Shown here: positions 1-9,724 of the stretch, in pieces
Layout: each line of letters starts with the position of its first letter
How positions within the stretch are numbered: position 1 is the first letter of the stretch
Source of the DNA: an uncultured Cytophagia bacterium
GTDB lineage: Bacteria > Zhuqueibacterota > Zhuqueibacteria > Residuimicrobiales > Krinioviventaceae
Reading direction: 5' to 3'
DNA: 64,000 nt
Assembly: GCA_964607755.1 (NCBI GenBank)
Contig: CAZSMC010000001.1
Location: forward strand, 81,677 to 145,676
The notes under the pieces: generated by a model
The model's input: the letters and a program-made list of their open reading frames with translations, nothing else
What the model was told of the DNA's origin: nothing
Database searches by the model: none
Made by a program: the position numbers and the translations under genes

Positions 1-158
1 TTCGGAAACAGCATGTTGTTGATGAGCATACATATCGAGATCATCACTGGTCGAAATGCTAATTTAACTTTAAGCTAATGTCATGATCTCAGAACATAAA
101 AATTACTGAAAAACGGGGTTGCATTTCGATCCAGTGCATGATTTGGTTGGGCGAAAAA

Positions 159-389
159 TCAGGCATAATCAAAAACATCCATAGAAATTGACTTTATGGG
201 TTTGGATTCTCCATGAACCATACGCCTGATCTTTTCAGTTGTCTCGCGGCTAAAGATTTTTTCTCCGCAACGATTACAAACCGTTGCTGGAATGTTTTTT
301 ACCAATGTGGGTTTATGCTCAATCAGAAATACTTCTTCAATTAGTACATTTTTGTAATCTTTTGAGCCGCATACATGACATTGAAACAT
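159..389 (-). CDS. YgiT-type zinc-finger protein (MqsA-like zinc-ribbon only)
   Basis: 76-aa ORF with two CxxC pairs (CHVCGS...CNRCGE) spaced as in the YgiT/MqsA N-terminal zinc ribbon; no HTH domain and no partner toxin ORF visible. Confidence 0.4.
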   Translation of the reverse strand: MFQCHVCGSKDYKNVLIEEVFLIEHKPTLVKNIPATVCNRCGEKIFSRETTEKIRRMVHGESKPIKSISMDVFDYA

Positions 390-592
390 TGTTATCTCCG
401 TTTAGTATATTGTACAAATATCTTTACAATTTATCAATTATATGTTTCGAATATTTTTATTATCGCCCAACGTATGGATTCACCGATGCCATATTAAATG
501 CACAAACTTAATATAAAAATATCAGCACTAATTATAAAGTGTTAATATATTTCATTATAATAATTCAGATCGAAAAAACCCGGGAGCTGATC

Positions 593-1957
593 ATGAAATA
601 TCGCTTTCTTTTTATCTTTGTTACGTTCCTCTTGTTTAGCTGTTCAAACGTTCAGCAACCAGCCCGGATGAAAATTGCTGACGAGATGCAGCAGGTACTT
701 ACCACGCCGTTGCAGCAGTGGTACCCCGGATGTCTTGATACCGAGTATGGCGGTTATTTATGCCATTTTAATGCGCAGTGGGAACCTGTCGATCCCCAGC
801 AAAAGATGATCGTCACTCAAGCCAGGCATCTCTGGACCAGCACCAAAGCAGTGCAGCGTTTTCCCGATGAAACCCGGTACGAAAAATCAGCCGAGCACGG
901 CTATCCGTTTTTGCGTGATGTGATGTGGGACGATACATACGGAGGATTTTATTTTATCCTCAACCGGCAGGGTGAAATTATGAACTCGGGTTATCAGGCT
1001 GAAAAACGCACCTATGGACTGGCGTTTGGATTGTACGCTGCTGCCGCTTATGCAGAGTTTACTGGCGACAAAAATGTTCTTGAATTTGCCAAAGAGATTT
1101 TTCATTGGATTGAGGATCATGCCTATGATACCGAGAATGGCGGCTATTTTCAGTTCCTTAACCGCGATGGCACACCCTTTCTAAAAAATCCACATTCTAC
1201 GGCCGGTGATTCCATGCGCTTTGGATTAAAAGATCAAAACACCACAATCCATTTGCTGGAAGCCTATTCCCAGTTGTATAAAGTATGGCCGGATGATAAA
1301 GTGAAAGCGCGCCTGAAAGAGTTACTGGTGTTGATTCGTGACACCATTACCACAAAAGAAGGATATTTGGTGCGTTTTTTCAAACCGGACTGGACCCCAA
1401 TTACATTCCAGGATTCAGCCAGTATCGCTGAAAATAAAAAGTTCGAGTTGTTATACATTTCCTACGGCCACGATGTGGAAACAGCCTATTTGCTGCTGGA
1501 AGCGTCGAATACGCTTGGTCTGGAAAATGATACCAGGACTGACAGCGTGGCGAAAAAGTTGGTTGACTTTTCGCTAAAGTACGGATGGGATAAAAAATAT
1601 GCCGGTTTTGTCGATGCAGGGTATTATTATCCCGGCGACGAGGAACCTAAAATCGCCAGAGCCACAAAAAACTGGTGGTCACAGGCTGAGGGATTGAATG
1701 CCCTGCTGCTGATGTCTTTGCGCTATCCGGATGAAAAGTATTACGACTATTTTGTGGAACTGTGGGACTATACTCAAAAATATCTCATCGATGAGGAACA
1801 CGGCGGCTGGTACGGAGGCGGACTCGATCGCCAGCCAGATTACAAAGACGCACCCAAGGGACATATCTGGAAAGGCGCTTATCACACCAGCCGCGCGTTG
1901 ATGAATTGTATCGATATGCTGCGGACAAATCGGCTTTTCAACAATGGTGCATTATAA
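593..1957 (+). CDS. N-acylglucosamine 2-epimerase (AGE) superfamily protein, predicted lipoprotein
   Basis: Start re-assigned to ATG 593 (MKYRFLFIFVTFLLFSC = lipoprotein signal with Cys); repeated GGY/GGF and W-x-QAEGL motifs typical of (alpha/alpha)6-barrel AGE/cellobiose-2-epimerase/YihS-type enzymes. Confidence 0.45.
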   Translation: MKYRFLFIFVTFLLFSCSNVQQPARMKIADEMQQVLTTPLQQWYPGCLDTEYGGYLCHFNAQWEPVDPQQKMIVTQARHLWTSTKAVQRFPDETRYEKSAEHGYPFLRDVMWDDTYGGFYFILNRQGEIMNSGYQAEKRTYGLAFGLYAAAAYAEFTGDKNVLEFAKEIFHWIEDHAYDTENGGYFQFLNRDGTPFLKNPHSTAGDSMRFGLKDQNTTIHLLEAYSQLYKVWPDDKVKARLKELLVLIRDTITTKEGYLVRFFKPDWTPITFQDSASIAENKKFELLYISYGHDVETAYLLLEASNTLGLENDTRTDSVAKKLVDFSLKYGWDKKYAGFVDAGYYYPGDEEPKIARATKNWWSQAEGLNALLLMSLRYPDEKYYDYFVELWDYTQKYLIDEEHGGWYGGGLDRQPDYKDAPKGHIWKGAYHTSRALMNCIDMLRTNRLFNNGAL

Positions 1958-1970
1958 AAGATGTGGAATG

Positions 1971-2633
1971 CTAGACCCGGACTTGTTCGAAAATATAATT
2001 CTTTACTTCCCGTAACGAACCGACCAGCGGCACACCACATAATTTGAGCCGGTAATCCGGATGGTGCCCACCGGTAAACAGCAGGCAATTCACCCCTGCT
2101 GCCTGCGCCACTTCAAAGTCGTGTATCGTATCGCCGATAAATAAAATATGTTCCGGATCAACATCCAGCGAACGAATATAGTCCCGAGCGAGCTCGAGTT
2201 TCCCGGTCGCATAATGATGATCCAAACCGCGGATGTCGGAGAAAAAGTGTCCGAGATTATAGTGCGAAACACCTTTCTTGAGAATATAAATATCAGAGGC
2301 GGAAACGATGGCTTGCTGAACATTCTCATCATGAATCGCGTTGAGCACATCCAAGGCGCCGTTATGAAGCTGGCATTCCTGCCAGCGCCGGCGGTATTCT
2401 TGCATCCATTCGGTGCCAATGGTTTCAAAAGTGACCATGTCGAAATTAAAACCGGCACGACGATAAAAGTTTTCCACCGGAAAGTCGAAACGGCGCTGGT
2501 AAAACTCTGTTGTAATCGGCGGTTGGCCGTACTTTTTCAACAGAGGATTCAATATATCGATGGCTAACCATCTGTCGTTGATGAGTGTACCGTTCCAGTC
2601 CCATATAATGTGTTTATAAATCGGCATAAGCAC
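1971..2633 (-). CDS. HAD-superfamily hydrolase (phosphatase-like)
   Basis: N-terminal DxD-type motif IIWDWNGTLIND and C-terminal FIGDTIHD (HAD motifs I and IV). Confidence 0.6.
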   Translation of the reverse strand: MLMPIYKHIIWDWNGTLINDRWLAIDILNPLLKKYGQPPITTEFYQRRFDFPVENFYRRAGFNFDMVTFETIGTEWMQEYRRRWQECQLHNGALDVLNAIHDENVQQAIVSASDIYILKKGVSHYNLGHFFSDIRGLDHHYATGKLELARDYIRSLDVDPEHILFIGDTIHDFEVAQAAGVNCLLFTGGHHPDYRLKLCGVPLVGSLREVKNYIFEQVRV

Positions 2634-2846
2634 CCTGGCAACATGTTATCAGGACAGATTCGAGAATGAATAATGAATAATCTAAATAAGAACTGACCCT
2701 TTTGCAGTGCAGAAGTAAGGACAAGCTTTATCTGACCGAATTCAGAATTTCCTCGAGACATAATTCTTGCAATTGGACTCAAAATCCAATAAATTTTAAA
2801 AATCATTTCGTAAAATTAAGGATCAACTAAAACCAAGGTATAGTAT

Positions 2847-3068
2847 ATGGTTCAAATCACATTTAAAGATGACAAAGCCATTTTAAAGTTCCCAAAACAA
2901 CTGATTTCATCAGGATATGTGCAAGAGTTTCTTGAAAGATTGCGTTTAGAAGCAATAGTTGAAAAAAGCCAACTTTCTGAAGAACAAGCGTGGGAATTAT
3001 CAGAGGATATAAAGCGGGAATGGTGGGAAAAAAATAAGCGGAAATTTTTAAAAAGGGTCAAGAGTTGA
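2847..3068 (+). CDS. small putative antitoxin-like protein
   Basis: 73-aa charged ORF whose stop overlaps by about 4 nt the start of a PIN-domain remnant, which is the classic antitoxin-toxin arrangement. Confidence 0.3.
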   Translation: MVQITFKDDKAILKFPKQLISSGYVQEFLERLRLEAIVEKSQLSEEQAWELSEDIKREWWEKNKRKFLKRVKS

Positions 3069-3148
3069 AAAGGGTAATAGTAGATACGAACATCCTGTTT
3101 TCTGCTTTATTGGGAAAGAGTAAAAAACTCAGAATATATTTTTGCTAA
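3065..3148 (+). pseudogene. truncated PIN-domain (VapC-like) toxin remnant, first ~27 codons only
   Basis: TTG-initiated frame translates to KRVIVDTNILFSALLGKSKKLRIYFC*, matching a PIN-domain N-terminus (VDTNIL = acidic motif 1), then stops. Confidence 0.45.
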
Positions 3149-3257
3149 AAGTGTGCTAAAAAAGTAATAATATTCCTGTAGAGCATAGAAAAAAAGTGAC
3201 CCCCCAGTGGCTTTATTTCCTTCTTGCTTTTTCTGCATAACGGCACTATATTAAAAA

Positions 3258-4130
3258 ATGAGTCTCAAACCGGAAAGATACATCTCTCATAAACATAAAA
3301 TGTGGCCGGGTATAATTTTGCTATCCCGCCCGGTGAATGTGCTTATTGCTTTTGCCTCTGTGTTTGTGGCGGCTTTGTTATGCGACGCATCGCCTGACTG
3401 GGGTGCGGTGTTTTTAGCTTGTGGATCAGCAGGGTTGGTTACGGCCGCCGCTAATGCTATCAATGATTATTTCGATCTTGATATCGACCGAATCAACAAA
3501 CCGGAACGGCCGCTGCCATCCGGCCTGATTTCAAAGAAACATGCCATTATGCTGGCGGTTTTATGTTACACTGGCGGCATTCTGCTGGGTGCTCTGATCA
3601 ATACCTTTGCTTTTATCATTGTCATTACCATCTCTTTTCTTCTTTATTTATACAGCGCGGTTTTAAAAAGGACTGTGCTTTTGGGCAATGCTGTTGTCAG
3701 CCTGTCTACAGCGTTTGCTTTTATCTATGGTGGTGTGGCTGTCCGCCATCCCGAGCGCGCAATTATTCCAGCGGTTTTTGCGTTCTTTATGCATTTTGGC
3801 CGTGAAATTATCAAGGATATGGAAGACGTGCGCGGCGACAATCAATTGCACGCCTACACCCTGCCTGTCCTTTATGGTGTGAGACCAGCTCAATGGCTGG
3901 TTACGTATATTTTTATCACATTGTTCGTTTTAACCCTGCTGCCTTTTTTGTTAAAAATTTATGGGACATATTATTTTATTACGGTGATGATGGGTGTGAA
4001 TAGCGTGTTAATCGGAGTTATTTTTATGGTCTGGAAGAATACGAGCACAAAAATGTTACACCGGTTGAGCGTTCTACTCAAGGCGGATATGCCTGTCGGA
4101 TTGCTGGCCATTTATCTCGGACAATGGTGA
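3258..4130 (+). CDS. UbiA-family prenyltransferase (DGGGP-synthase/chlorophyll-synthase-like subfamily)
   Basis: [21 protein letters not shown] Asp-rich motif plus second motif DMEDVRGD; about 8 predicted TM helices. Confidence 0.7.
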   Translation: MSLKPERYISHKHKMWPGIILLSRPVNVLIAFASVFVAALLCDASPDWGAVFLACGSAGLVTAAANAINDYFDLDIDRINKPERPLPSGLISKKHAIMLAVLCYTGGILLGALINTFAFIIVITISFLLYLYSAVLKRTVLLGNAVVSLSTAFAFIYGGVAVRHPERAIIPAVFAFFMHFGREIIKDMEDVRGDNQLHAYTLPVLYGVRPAQWLVTYIFITLFVLTLLPFLLKIYGTYYFITVMMGVNSVLIGVIFMVWKNTSTKMLHRLSVLLKADMPVGLLAIYLGQW

Positions 4131-4137
4131 GGAATTT

Positions 4138-4587
4138 ATGCGAGCTTTAATACAACGCGTATCACAAGCAAATGTCACAGTAGACGGTCAAGATGTCGGA
4201 AGAATCGGCTCCGGGCTGGTCGTTTTGCTGGGCGTGAAAAATGACGACGATGAATCTGCGGCGCAATACCTCGCCAACAAGATTGTCAATCTGAGAATCT
4301 TTGAAGACGAGGATGGCCGGTTTCATCTTTCTGCCCTGGATGTTGGGGGCGAAATCCTGGCAATCTCGCAATTTACGCTCTATGCGGATTGCCGAAAAGG
4401 GCGGCGTCCCAGTTTTACTGAGGCGGCAAAACCGGACATCTCTGAACCGTTGTACGAATATTTTGTTGAACAACTCCGGCAAACCGGATTAACAGTAAAA
4501 ACCGGAAAATTCGGCGCCCACATGGACGTGTCGCTGACGAATGATGGTCCGGTAACTATTATGCTTGATTCTGAAGATAAAAGATAG
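4138..4587 (+). CDS. dtd: D-aminoacyl-tRNA deacylase
   Basis: [13 protein letters not shown]...VLLGV and SQFTLYAD...GRRPSF motifs diagnostic of Dtd; 149 aa. Confidence 0.8.
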   Translation: MRALIQRVSQANVTVDGQDVGRIGSGLVVLLGVKNDDDESAAQYLANKIVNLRIFEDEDGRFHLSALDVGGEILAISQFTLYADCRKGRRPSFTEAAKPDISEPLYEYFVEQLRQTGLTVKTGKFGAHMDVSLTNDGPVTIMLDSEDKR

Positions 4588-4593
4588 TTTGAA

Positions 4594-5352
4594 ATGCCTC
4601 CAGTCTACGACAATTTCGCCAGATATTACGATCTGGAATATGGCATGAAAGACAATGATCTGGATTTTTATTTGTCTCTGGCTCAGGATTGTGGCGATCC
4701 TGTTCTTGAGGTTGGGGTCGGTACCGGCAGGGTTGCGCTTGAGTTTGCTGAACAGGGATACCGTATAACCGGTATCGATAATTCCCCGGCAATGATCGAC
4801 AAAGCACGCGAAAAGTGTGATACTCTTGATCATGCTTCGCACCAACGCCTGAAACTCATAACAGCGGATATGAGAAATTTTTCTTTAAATCAGCAGTTTA
4901 AATTATGCGTGTGTCCGTTTCGGACATTGCTGCATAATTTGACGATGGACGACCAACTCGCTACACTACATTGTATCTATCGGCATCTTGTACCTGGCGG
5001 TGTGCTGGCATTCGACATCTTTGTGCCGTTATATCAGATCATGGCGCATAGATCATGGCATCAAAAAATGACACCACAAGACCTCGCAGACGAACATTCT
5101 GATGTTCATATTGATATCGATATTGATCATGATCCGGTTCTACAACTGTTAACGATAAAGAACACCTATCATCATCAAAAGACGAATGAAAATGAAACCG
5201 CTACAATGAAATATCGTTATATGTTTCGCTATGAAGCCGAAGCACTGCTCAAGCTTTCCGGATTTCAGGTTGAACACGTGTGGGGAGGATTCGAACATCA
5301 ACCATACGATTTTGACAGCGGCATGATGATTTTTTATGCCCGCAAACTGTGA
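4594..5352 (+). CDS. class I SAM-dependent methyltransferase
   Basis: Motif I VLEVGVGTGRVALEF, then GIDNSPAMI and acidic post-I residue. Confidence 0.65.
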   Translation: MPPVYDNFARYYDLEYGMKDNDLDFYLSLAQDCGDPVLEVGVGTGRVALEFAEQGYRITGIDNSPAMIDKAREKCDTLDHASHQRLKLITADMRNFSLNQQFKLCVCPFRTLLHNLTMDDQLATLHCIYRHLVPGGVLAFDIFVPLYQIMAHRSWHQKMTPQDLADEHSDVHIDIDIDHDPVLQLLTIKNTYHHQKTNENETATMKYRYMFRYEAEALLKLSGFQVEHVWGGFEHQPYDFDSGMMIFYARKL

Positions 5353-5380
5353 TCCAGGATGTCACAAAGGAAGAAGTTCT

Positions 5381-6268
5381 GTGCAATTAAATAAAGTAAG
5401 AATTATACAAAATCCCTGGTCTGGATTTGTGCGCAGCCCTTTTTTGGTGCGCAAGATGTTAGAATACGCCCTGGCCGATGCCCGGTTCGATTACGAGATT
5501 ATCGATACCGAATACATCGGCCACGCTCATGAACTTGCAACCGAGGCTGTGCAACAACATTACGATGCTGTCGTTTCCGTTGGCGGCGACGGCACCACCA
5601 ACGAAGTTGGCTCGGCACTTTTGTACACGGATACTGCCCTGGGCATTATTCCTCTCGGCTCAGGTAACGGACTGGCTCGTGGACTGGGCATCCCGCTCGG
5701 TCCGCTGCGCGCACTGAAAGTTCTGCAATCCGGCACAATCAGGACGATAGATGCCGGTCAGGTGAATGACGATACATTTTTCATTGTTACCGGCGTTGGT
5801 CTGGATGCGACTATTGGAAAAAAATTCAATGATCAGCAGGTGCGCGGATTACTTCCGTATTTCACCATCGGGATTCGTGAATTTCTCCGGCACAAACATG
5901 AAGTGTTCACCCTCAAATTTAACAACCAGGAAATCAAAGTTCCGGCGCTGTTTGTCACCGTTGCCAATCTCAAAGGATGGGGCGGTGGTGCTATCATTTC
6001 ACCGCGCGCTGAACCGGATGACGGTCTGATCGATGTGTGCGCTGTGCATCGCGCTTCTTTTTTATACATGCTGTTTAATTTGCCGCGATTGTTTTTAGGC
6101 AACATTGAAAACTTTCAAAAATACGTTCGTTATCAGACAGATCATCTGAAAATTCAGCGAGAAAAACCGGGTCCCTATCATTATGATGGTGAAGCCAAAG
6201 ACGGCGGCCTGGAGCTGGACATTTCTCTCAAACCCAAAGCCCTCAAAGTTATTGTGCCTTCCCAATAG
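5381..6268 (+). CDS. lipid kinase, diacylglycerol-kinase catalytic domain family (YegS/BmrU-like)
   Basis: VSVGGDGTTNEV and IIPLGSGNGLAR motifs; start re-assigned to GTG 5381, preceded by AAGGAAGAAG RBS, giving N-terminus QLNKVRIIQNPWSG. Confidence 0.65.
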   Translation: MQLNKVRIIQNPWSGFVRSPFLVRKMLEYALADARFDYEIIDTEYIGHAHELATEAVQQHYDAVVSVGGDGTTNEVGSALLYTDTALGIIPLGSGNGLARGLGIPLGPLRALKVLQSGTIRTIDAGQVNDDTFFIVTGVGLDATIGKKFNDQQVRGLLPYFTIGIREFLRHKHEVFTLKFNNQEIKVPALFVTVANLKGWGGGAIISPRAEPDDGLIDVCAVHRASFLYMLFNLPRLFLGNIENFQKYVRYQTDHLKIQREKPGPYHYDGEAKDGGLELDISLKPKALKVIVPSQ

Positions 6269-6337
6269 CACCGGTTTTCTGGAAAATGGAACTCTTTTTA
6301 TGTTGCCACGTCTAAACAAACGTCCTTTGTTCACATC

Positions 6338-7204
6338 ATGTCGGAGCACATTATGAACTTTTTTAAAAAAGTATTGATCGCGCTCATTGTGCTTGCCATT
6401 TCATCTGCCATTTTTATTTTCTTGACCAATGACAAGACCATGCGTGACAATGTTCTCAGCGCAACGCTGAGAATGATGGGCGATGAGCTGTTGGCTGTTG
6501 TTCCGGACAGTCCACAAAAAGAAGAATTGAACCGGCGTTATCAGGGATTTTTAAAGCGAGCGGAAAAAGACAAGGTTTCCAGAGAGGAAGTAGAACATGT
6601 GGCCGCCACGATGTTTAATCTCAGAGCGGCGGAGAAATCTGTCACGGCAGAGGATGCCCTTAAGGCTCTCGAGTTGAAACCTCTTCCACCTGGTGTTCCC
6701 AGAGAATCCGGTACTGTTTTTATGAGAATGAAAAAGAAAGACCGGGACAGACTGGCAGCACGATTGAGTCAGATGCAAGCCTTTCAGGAGAACATTTATT
6801 CTTCTGCTAAAAGTGACACAGCTTTGCGGAGAATAAAGGGTCATTTCTTTTTTACCGCAGACAGCGGATTAAAGGTTGTTATCGACCCTCATGTGCAGAA
6901 CATGATTACAAGTCAGAAAATACCCCGACTTGCGGGACAGTTTAAAGAGCTGGAAAAGCAGCGGATGCTGGAATGGAAAGAGTCACAGCGTTTTTATGAA
7001 CACATGATGAAAGAAATGCAGCATAACTGGAACGAAATGCCAGGGATTTTTGAAAAGGAATTTATGAAGCATATACCCGGACTGGTAACCGCGCTGGATT
7101 CTTTGAATCTTGATTCGCTTAAAATCGAAAACCCGGATTCCCTGGAAATAGTCATTCAGAAAATCGTCAAAGAATTTACCCGCAAGCCTGTTGAAGAAAA
7201 GTAA
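6338..7204 (+). CDS. hypothetical membrane-anchored protein
   Basis: N-terminal hydrophobic helix (VLIALIVLAISSAIFIFL), then a charged, probably coiled-coil region; no recognisable motif. Confidence 0.3.
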   Translation: MSEHIMNFFKKVLIALIVLAISSAIFIFLTNDKTMRDNVLSATLRMMGDELLAVVPDSPQKEELNRRYQGFLKRAEKDKVSREEVEHVAATMFNLRAAEKSVTAEDALKALELKPLPPGVPRESGTVFMRMKKKDRDRLAARLSQMQAFQENIYSSAKSDTALRRIKGHFFFTADSGLKVVIDPHVQNMITSQKIPRLAGQFKELEKQRMLEWKESQRFYEHMMKEMQHNWNEMPGIFEKEFMKHIPGLVTALDSLNLDSLKIENPDSLEIVIQKIVKEFTRKPVEEK

Positions 7205-9697
7205 CTATAGTTGGCCTGCTAAAACAACTGTAGTTTTTGTTTCCTCGATGGTTGTGTCCGATACATTAACAGCTTTGGCGTAAATGATATAGATACCCAT
7301 CCGGCATGTGAGGCCCTCGCTGTCCCTGCCATCCCACACCACTGTTCGCTCATCACCGCACGGTTCGTTGTTTAGCAAAAAACGTACAAGCCGTCCCCGA
7401 ATATCAAAAACTTTTATCGTCGCTCGCGGCGCCACTTCGGGCAGCCGCAGCGTCACCGTGGTGACATCATCGATGCCGTCGCCGTCCGGTGAGAACGGAT
7501 TTGGTGATACCGAGAGCGCTGTTTTTGCATGTTTTTTCGTTACGTGGACACTGTTTTGCCTGCCAAGAGTGTGCCCGTCCGGATGCACGCAGGTTGCCCA
7601 GTTTGTTGGTTCGTCCGAATCGATTTCCGGATGAACGCGTTCTAGCGAACGGCCTTTTGCCCCGCCCCACCTGTCAGAGTATCCTACCTCATCAACAAGC
7701 CGGTTGTTAAAATCAAAAAGGAACAACGTGTCTGCTGTGTTGCGCAAGGTAGGAAAACCGGAAATTGGGCACAGCAGATCCGCTCTCTCAAACAGGCTGT
7801 CCCCGGAAGTGAGAACAGCATAGTGCCCGGCATCAAAAACCAACGACGAATCTACAATGATATGTTTTTCCGACGAATCGCTGTCTGAAATTTTCCACTG
7901 AAACAGCTCGACTTTGGTTTCAGACTGATTGATCAGTTCGAGTGCTTCGCTCAACCATTTTGCAGGCTGATAATAAATTTCATTGATAACCAGCGAATTA
8001 TAATCATAACTGATACACACTGTGTCTGTTATACAGTTATTTTTAATATTGCCATCCAGAGTAGAGTGAATGATGGCATTGATAACAAATACTCCCGGTA
8101 CAGTGTGCCAGGTCACATCAAAATAACGTGTTTCTTCACATAAGAGCTTGTTAATTTTTAAGGTCTCAATACCGATAGTTTCAGCAGAATCCAGCCTGGT
8201 GGCTTTGACAGAAATACCAAAATCACCATGATCGAGACGGCCGACATTTTTTACCGCGCCCATAAAATGGATCGATTGTCCATGCTGCGGTTTCGAGGGC
8301 ATGATCTGCCACTGGTCCTGCAAAAAGCCGACATCAAAATCTTTGGGACTGACACTGTTGTACCGGCCCGGTGTTGAGCCAGTCGAATCAGTGCTCGATA
8401 ACCAGTTGTCCGCATCGTTTGTTGGCCTGTCAAATCGAATCCGCTCCAGAGAAATCATTTTGTCGCCACCGTAATCCGGCTCGTAATACAGACTGTCGAT
8501 TGTATTGCCAACCGGCGACAGCAAGACTACCTCGTCACCGCCATTGTTGAGAACAGGCAAAGACATGCTCAGAATTTTTGAGCTGTCGCAATGGGGTATG
8601 TTTTTCTGTGCCAAAACAGCATAAGCGTTTGCTCCCAGCATATGTGTCGATTCAATGTCTTTGGTGCTTCTTGAATCCTTTATTTGCCAGTCCTTCAAAT
8701 TCAGGGTTTCATCTGACATGTTGAAAATTTCAATCCATTCCTGATCATTTTCTTCAGTATCATACATCACTTCATTGATCACAACACTGCCGGGTTCGAT
8801 ATAATCTAAAACTGAAAAGCGATACGTCATGGAATCGTTTTCTGTCCTGCTGTCCTCTAAAAGTTCAAGAATGGCGGTCAGTTTATGACAGCCAACGGTG
8901 AGCGGCGGATGTTCAAACGTCACTAAAACAGAATCTGCCGGAGGAAGCGATTGCAGCAAAAGTGTGCTATCGATCAAAACCCGGGTATGCTGCGAGCTGT
9001 CTATGACCATGCAGCGAAGTGTATTGATGGGTTCGGTTCCCATGTTCAAAATAGTGAGCGTTATAGTAATATTGTCCCGGTCCGATGGCGTGTCCGGTTG
9101 AACCTTAAAAAAAGACAATGCCGCATCAACCGGGACTGGGGAGATAGAATTTCTAAACCCGGGCGTTCCGTCTTTTCGAACAGAATTGCCCCAATTTTCG
9201 GGCGAGTCACCGGCTCCCTGCACAATCTTTTCTTCGGAAAATCCATCAGCATTATCAGGTGTATAGGTCCATGAGCTCATCACTGTCGAGTCAGGTTTTA
9301 GAATGGACACAGTTTCGCCTTCGCTGTTTTTCAAACCATAGGCACCGATTTGTACGTTACCAATGGTGAGCAACACAGCGGAAGCTGGTATATCATCATC
9401 GTAGAGTTGGCTTTCCTCAAAATATTTTGGTGAAAGAATCAACCCAAACGTCTGTGGCGGCAGCACTGCAGAACCGGTGACCGGTTGCAGTATATCATAT
9501 CCATCCCCATCACTTATTAGCCAGTTTTGAACATCAACCGATTCAGTCTGGCTGAGATTATAGATTTCTACGAATTCATTATACCGCTCTGTGCCTCTTG
9601 GATTAAACATTATTTCGGAAAGCACGATTTGACAACGCACTGATGAAGCGGCGAATAAAAAACAAACAACAACACATTTTACACGCATAAAAAACAC
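7205..9697 (-). CDS. secreted protein with three lamin-tail (LTD) domains and a C-terminal FlgD-Ig/T9SS-type sorting-like domain
   Basis: Signal peptide; three copies of the LTD signature (VLSEIMFNP...NEFVEIYN; VVINEVMYD...EWIEIFN; LVINEIYYQP...ALELIN); C-terminus NPFSPDGDGIDD...IKVFDIRGRLVRFL...WDGRDSEG resembles a gliding/T9SS-type C-terminal Ig domain. Confidence 0.55.
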   Translation of the reverse strand: MFFMRVKCVVVCFLFAASSVRCQIVLSEIMFNPRGTERYNEFVEIYNLSQTESVDVQNWLISDGDGYDILQPVTGSAVLPPQTFGLILSPKYFEESQLYDDDIPASAVLLTIGNVQIGAYGLKNSEGETVSILKPDSTVMSSWTYTPDNADGFSEEKIVQGAGDSPENWGNSVRKDGTPGFRNSISPVPVDAALSFFKVQPDTPSDRDNITITLTILNMGTEPINTLRCMVIDSSQHTRVLIDSTLLLQSLPPADSVLVTFEHPPLTVGCHKLTAILELLEDSRTENDSMTYRFSVLDYIEPGSVVINEVMYDTEENDQEWIEIFNMSDETLNLKDWQIKDSRSTKDIESTHMLGANAYAVLAQKNIPHCDSSKILSMSLPVLNNGGDEVVLLSPVGNTIDSLYYEPDYGGDKMISLERIRFDRPTNDADNWLSSTDSTGSTPGRYNSVSPKDFDVGFLQDQWQIMPSKPQHGQSIHFMGAVKNVGRLDHGDFGISVKATRLDSAETIGIETLKINKLLCEETRYFDVTWHTVPGVFVINAIIHSTLDGNIKNNCITDTVCISYDYNSLVINEIYYQPAKWLSEALELINQSETKVELFQWKISDSDSSEKHIIVDSSLVFDAGHYAVLTSGDSLFERADLLCPISGFPTLRNTADTLFLFDFNNRLVDEVGYSDRWGGAKGRSLERVHPEIDSDEPTNWATCVHPDGHTLGRQNSVHVTKKHAKTALSVSPNPFSPDGDGIDDVTTVTLRLPEVAPRATIKVFDIRGRLVRFLLNNEPCGDERTVVWDGRDSEGLTCRMGIYIIYAKAVNVSDTTIEETKTTVVLAGQL

Positions 9698-9724
9698 CCC
9701 TTTCGAATAAAGATTATTATAGCT

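Noticed and set aside
284-511. 75-aa + ORF overlapping the YgiT-type zinc-finger gene; similar shadow ORFs inside dtd, nqr genes, lon, the giant gene and others
   Set aside because: These are antisense overlaps of stronger genes, with no RBS and nonsense-like composition. The same reasoning applies to the many 60-120-aa track ORFs nested in annotated CDSs (e.g. 18174-18713, 19460-20062, 22131-22700, 45826-46137).
539-592. 18-codon N-terminal extension of the AGE-family ORF
   Set aside because: The extension is AT-rich and low-complexity (MLIYFIIIIQ...). The internal ATG at 593 gives a canonical lipoprotein signal peptide.
5100-5160. Short tandem gatattgat/atcgatatt repeats
   Set aside because: They sit inside the methyltransferase CDS and encode a His/Asp-rich linker (HIDIDIDHD). 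This is coding low complexity, not a regulatory or CRISPR-like repeat.
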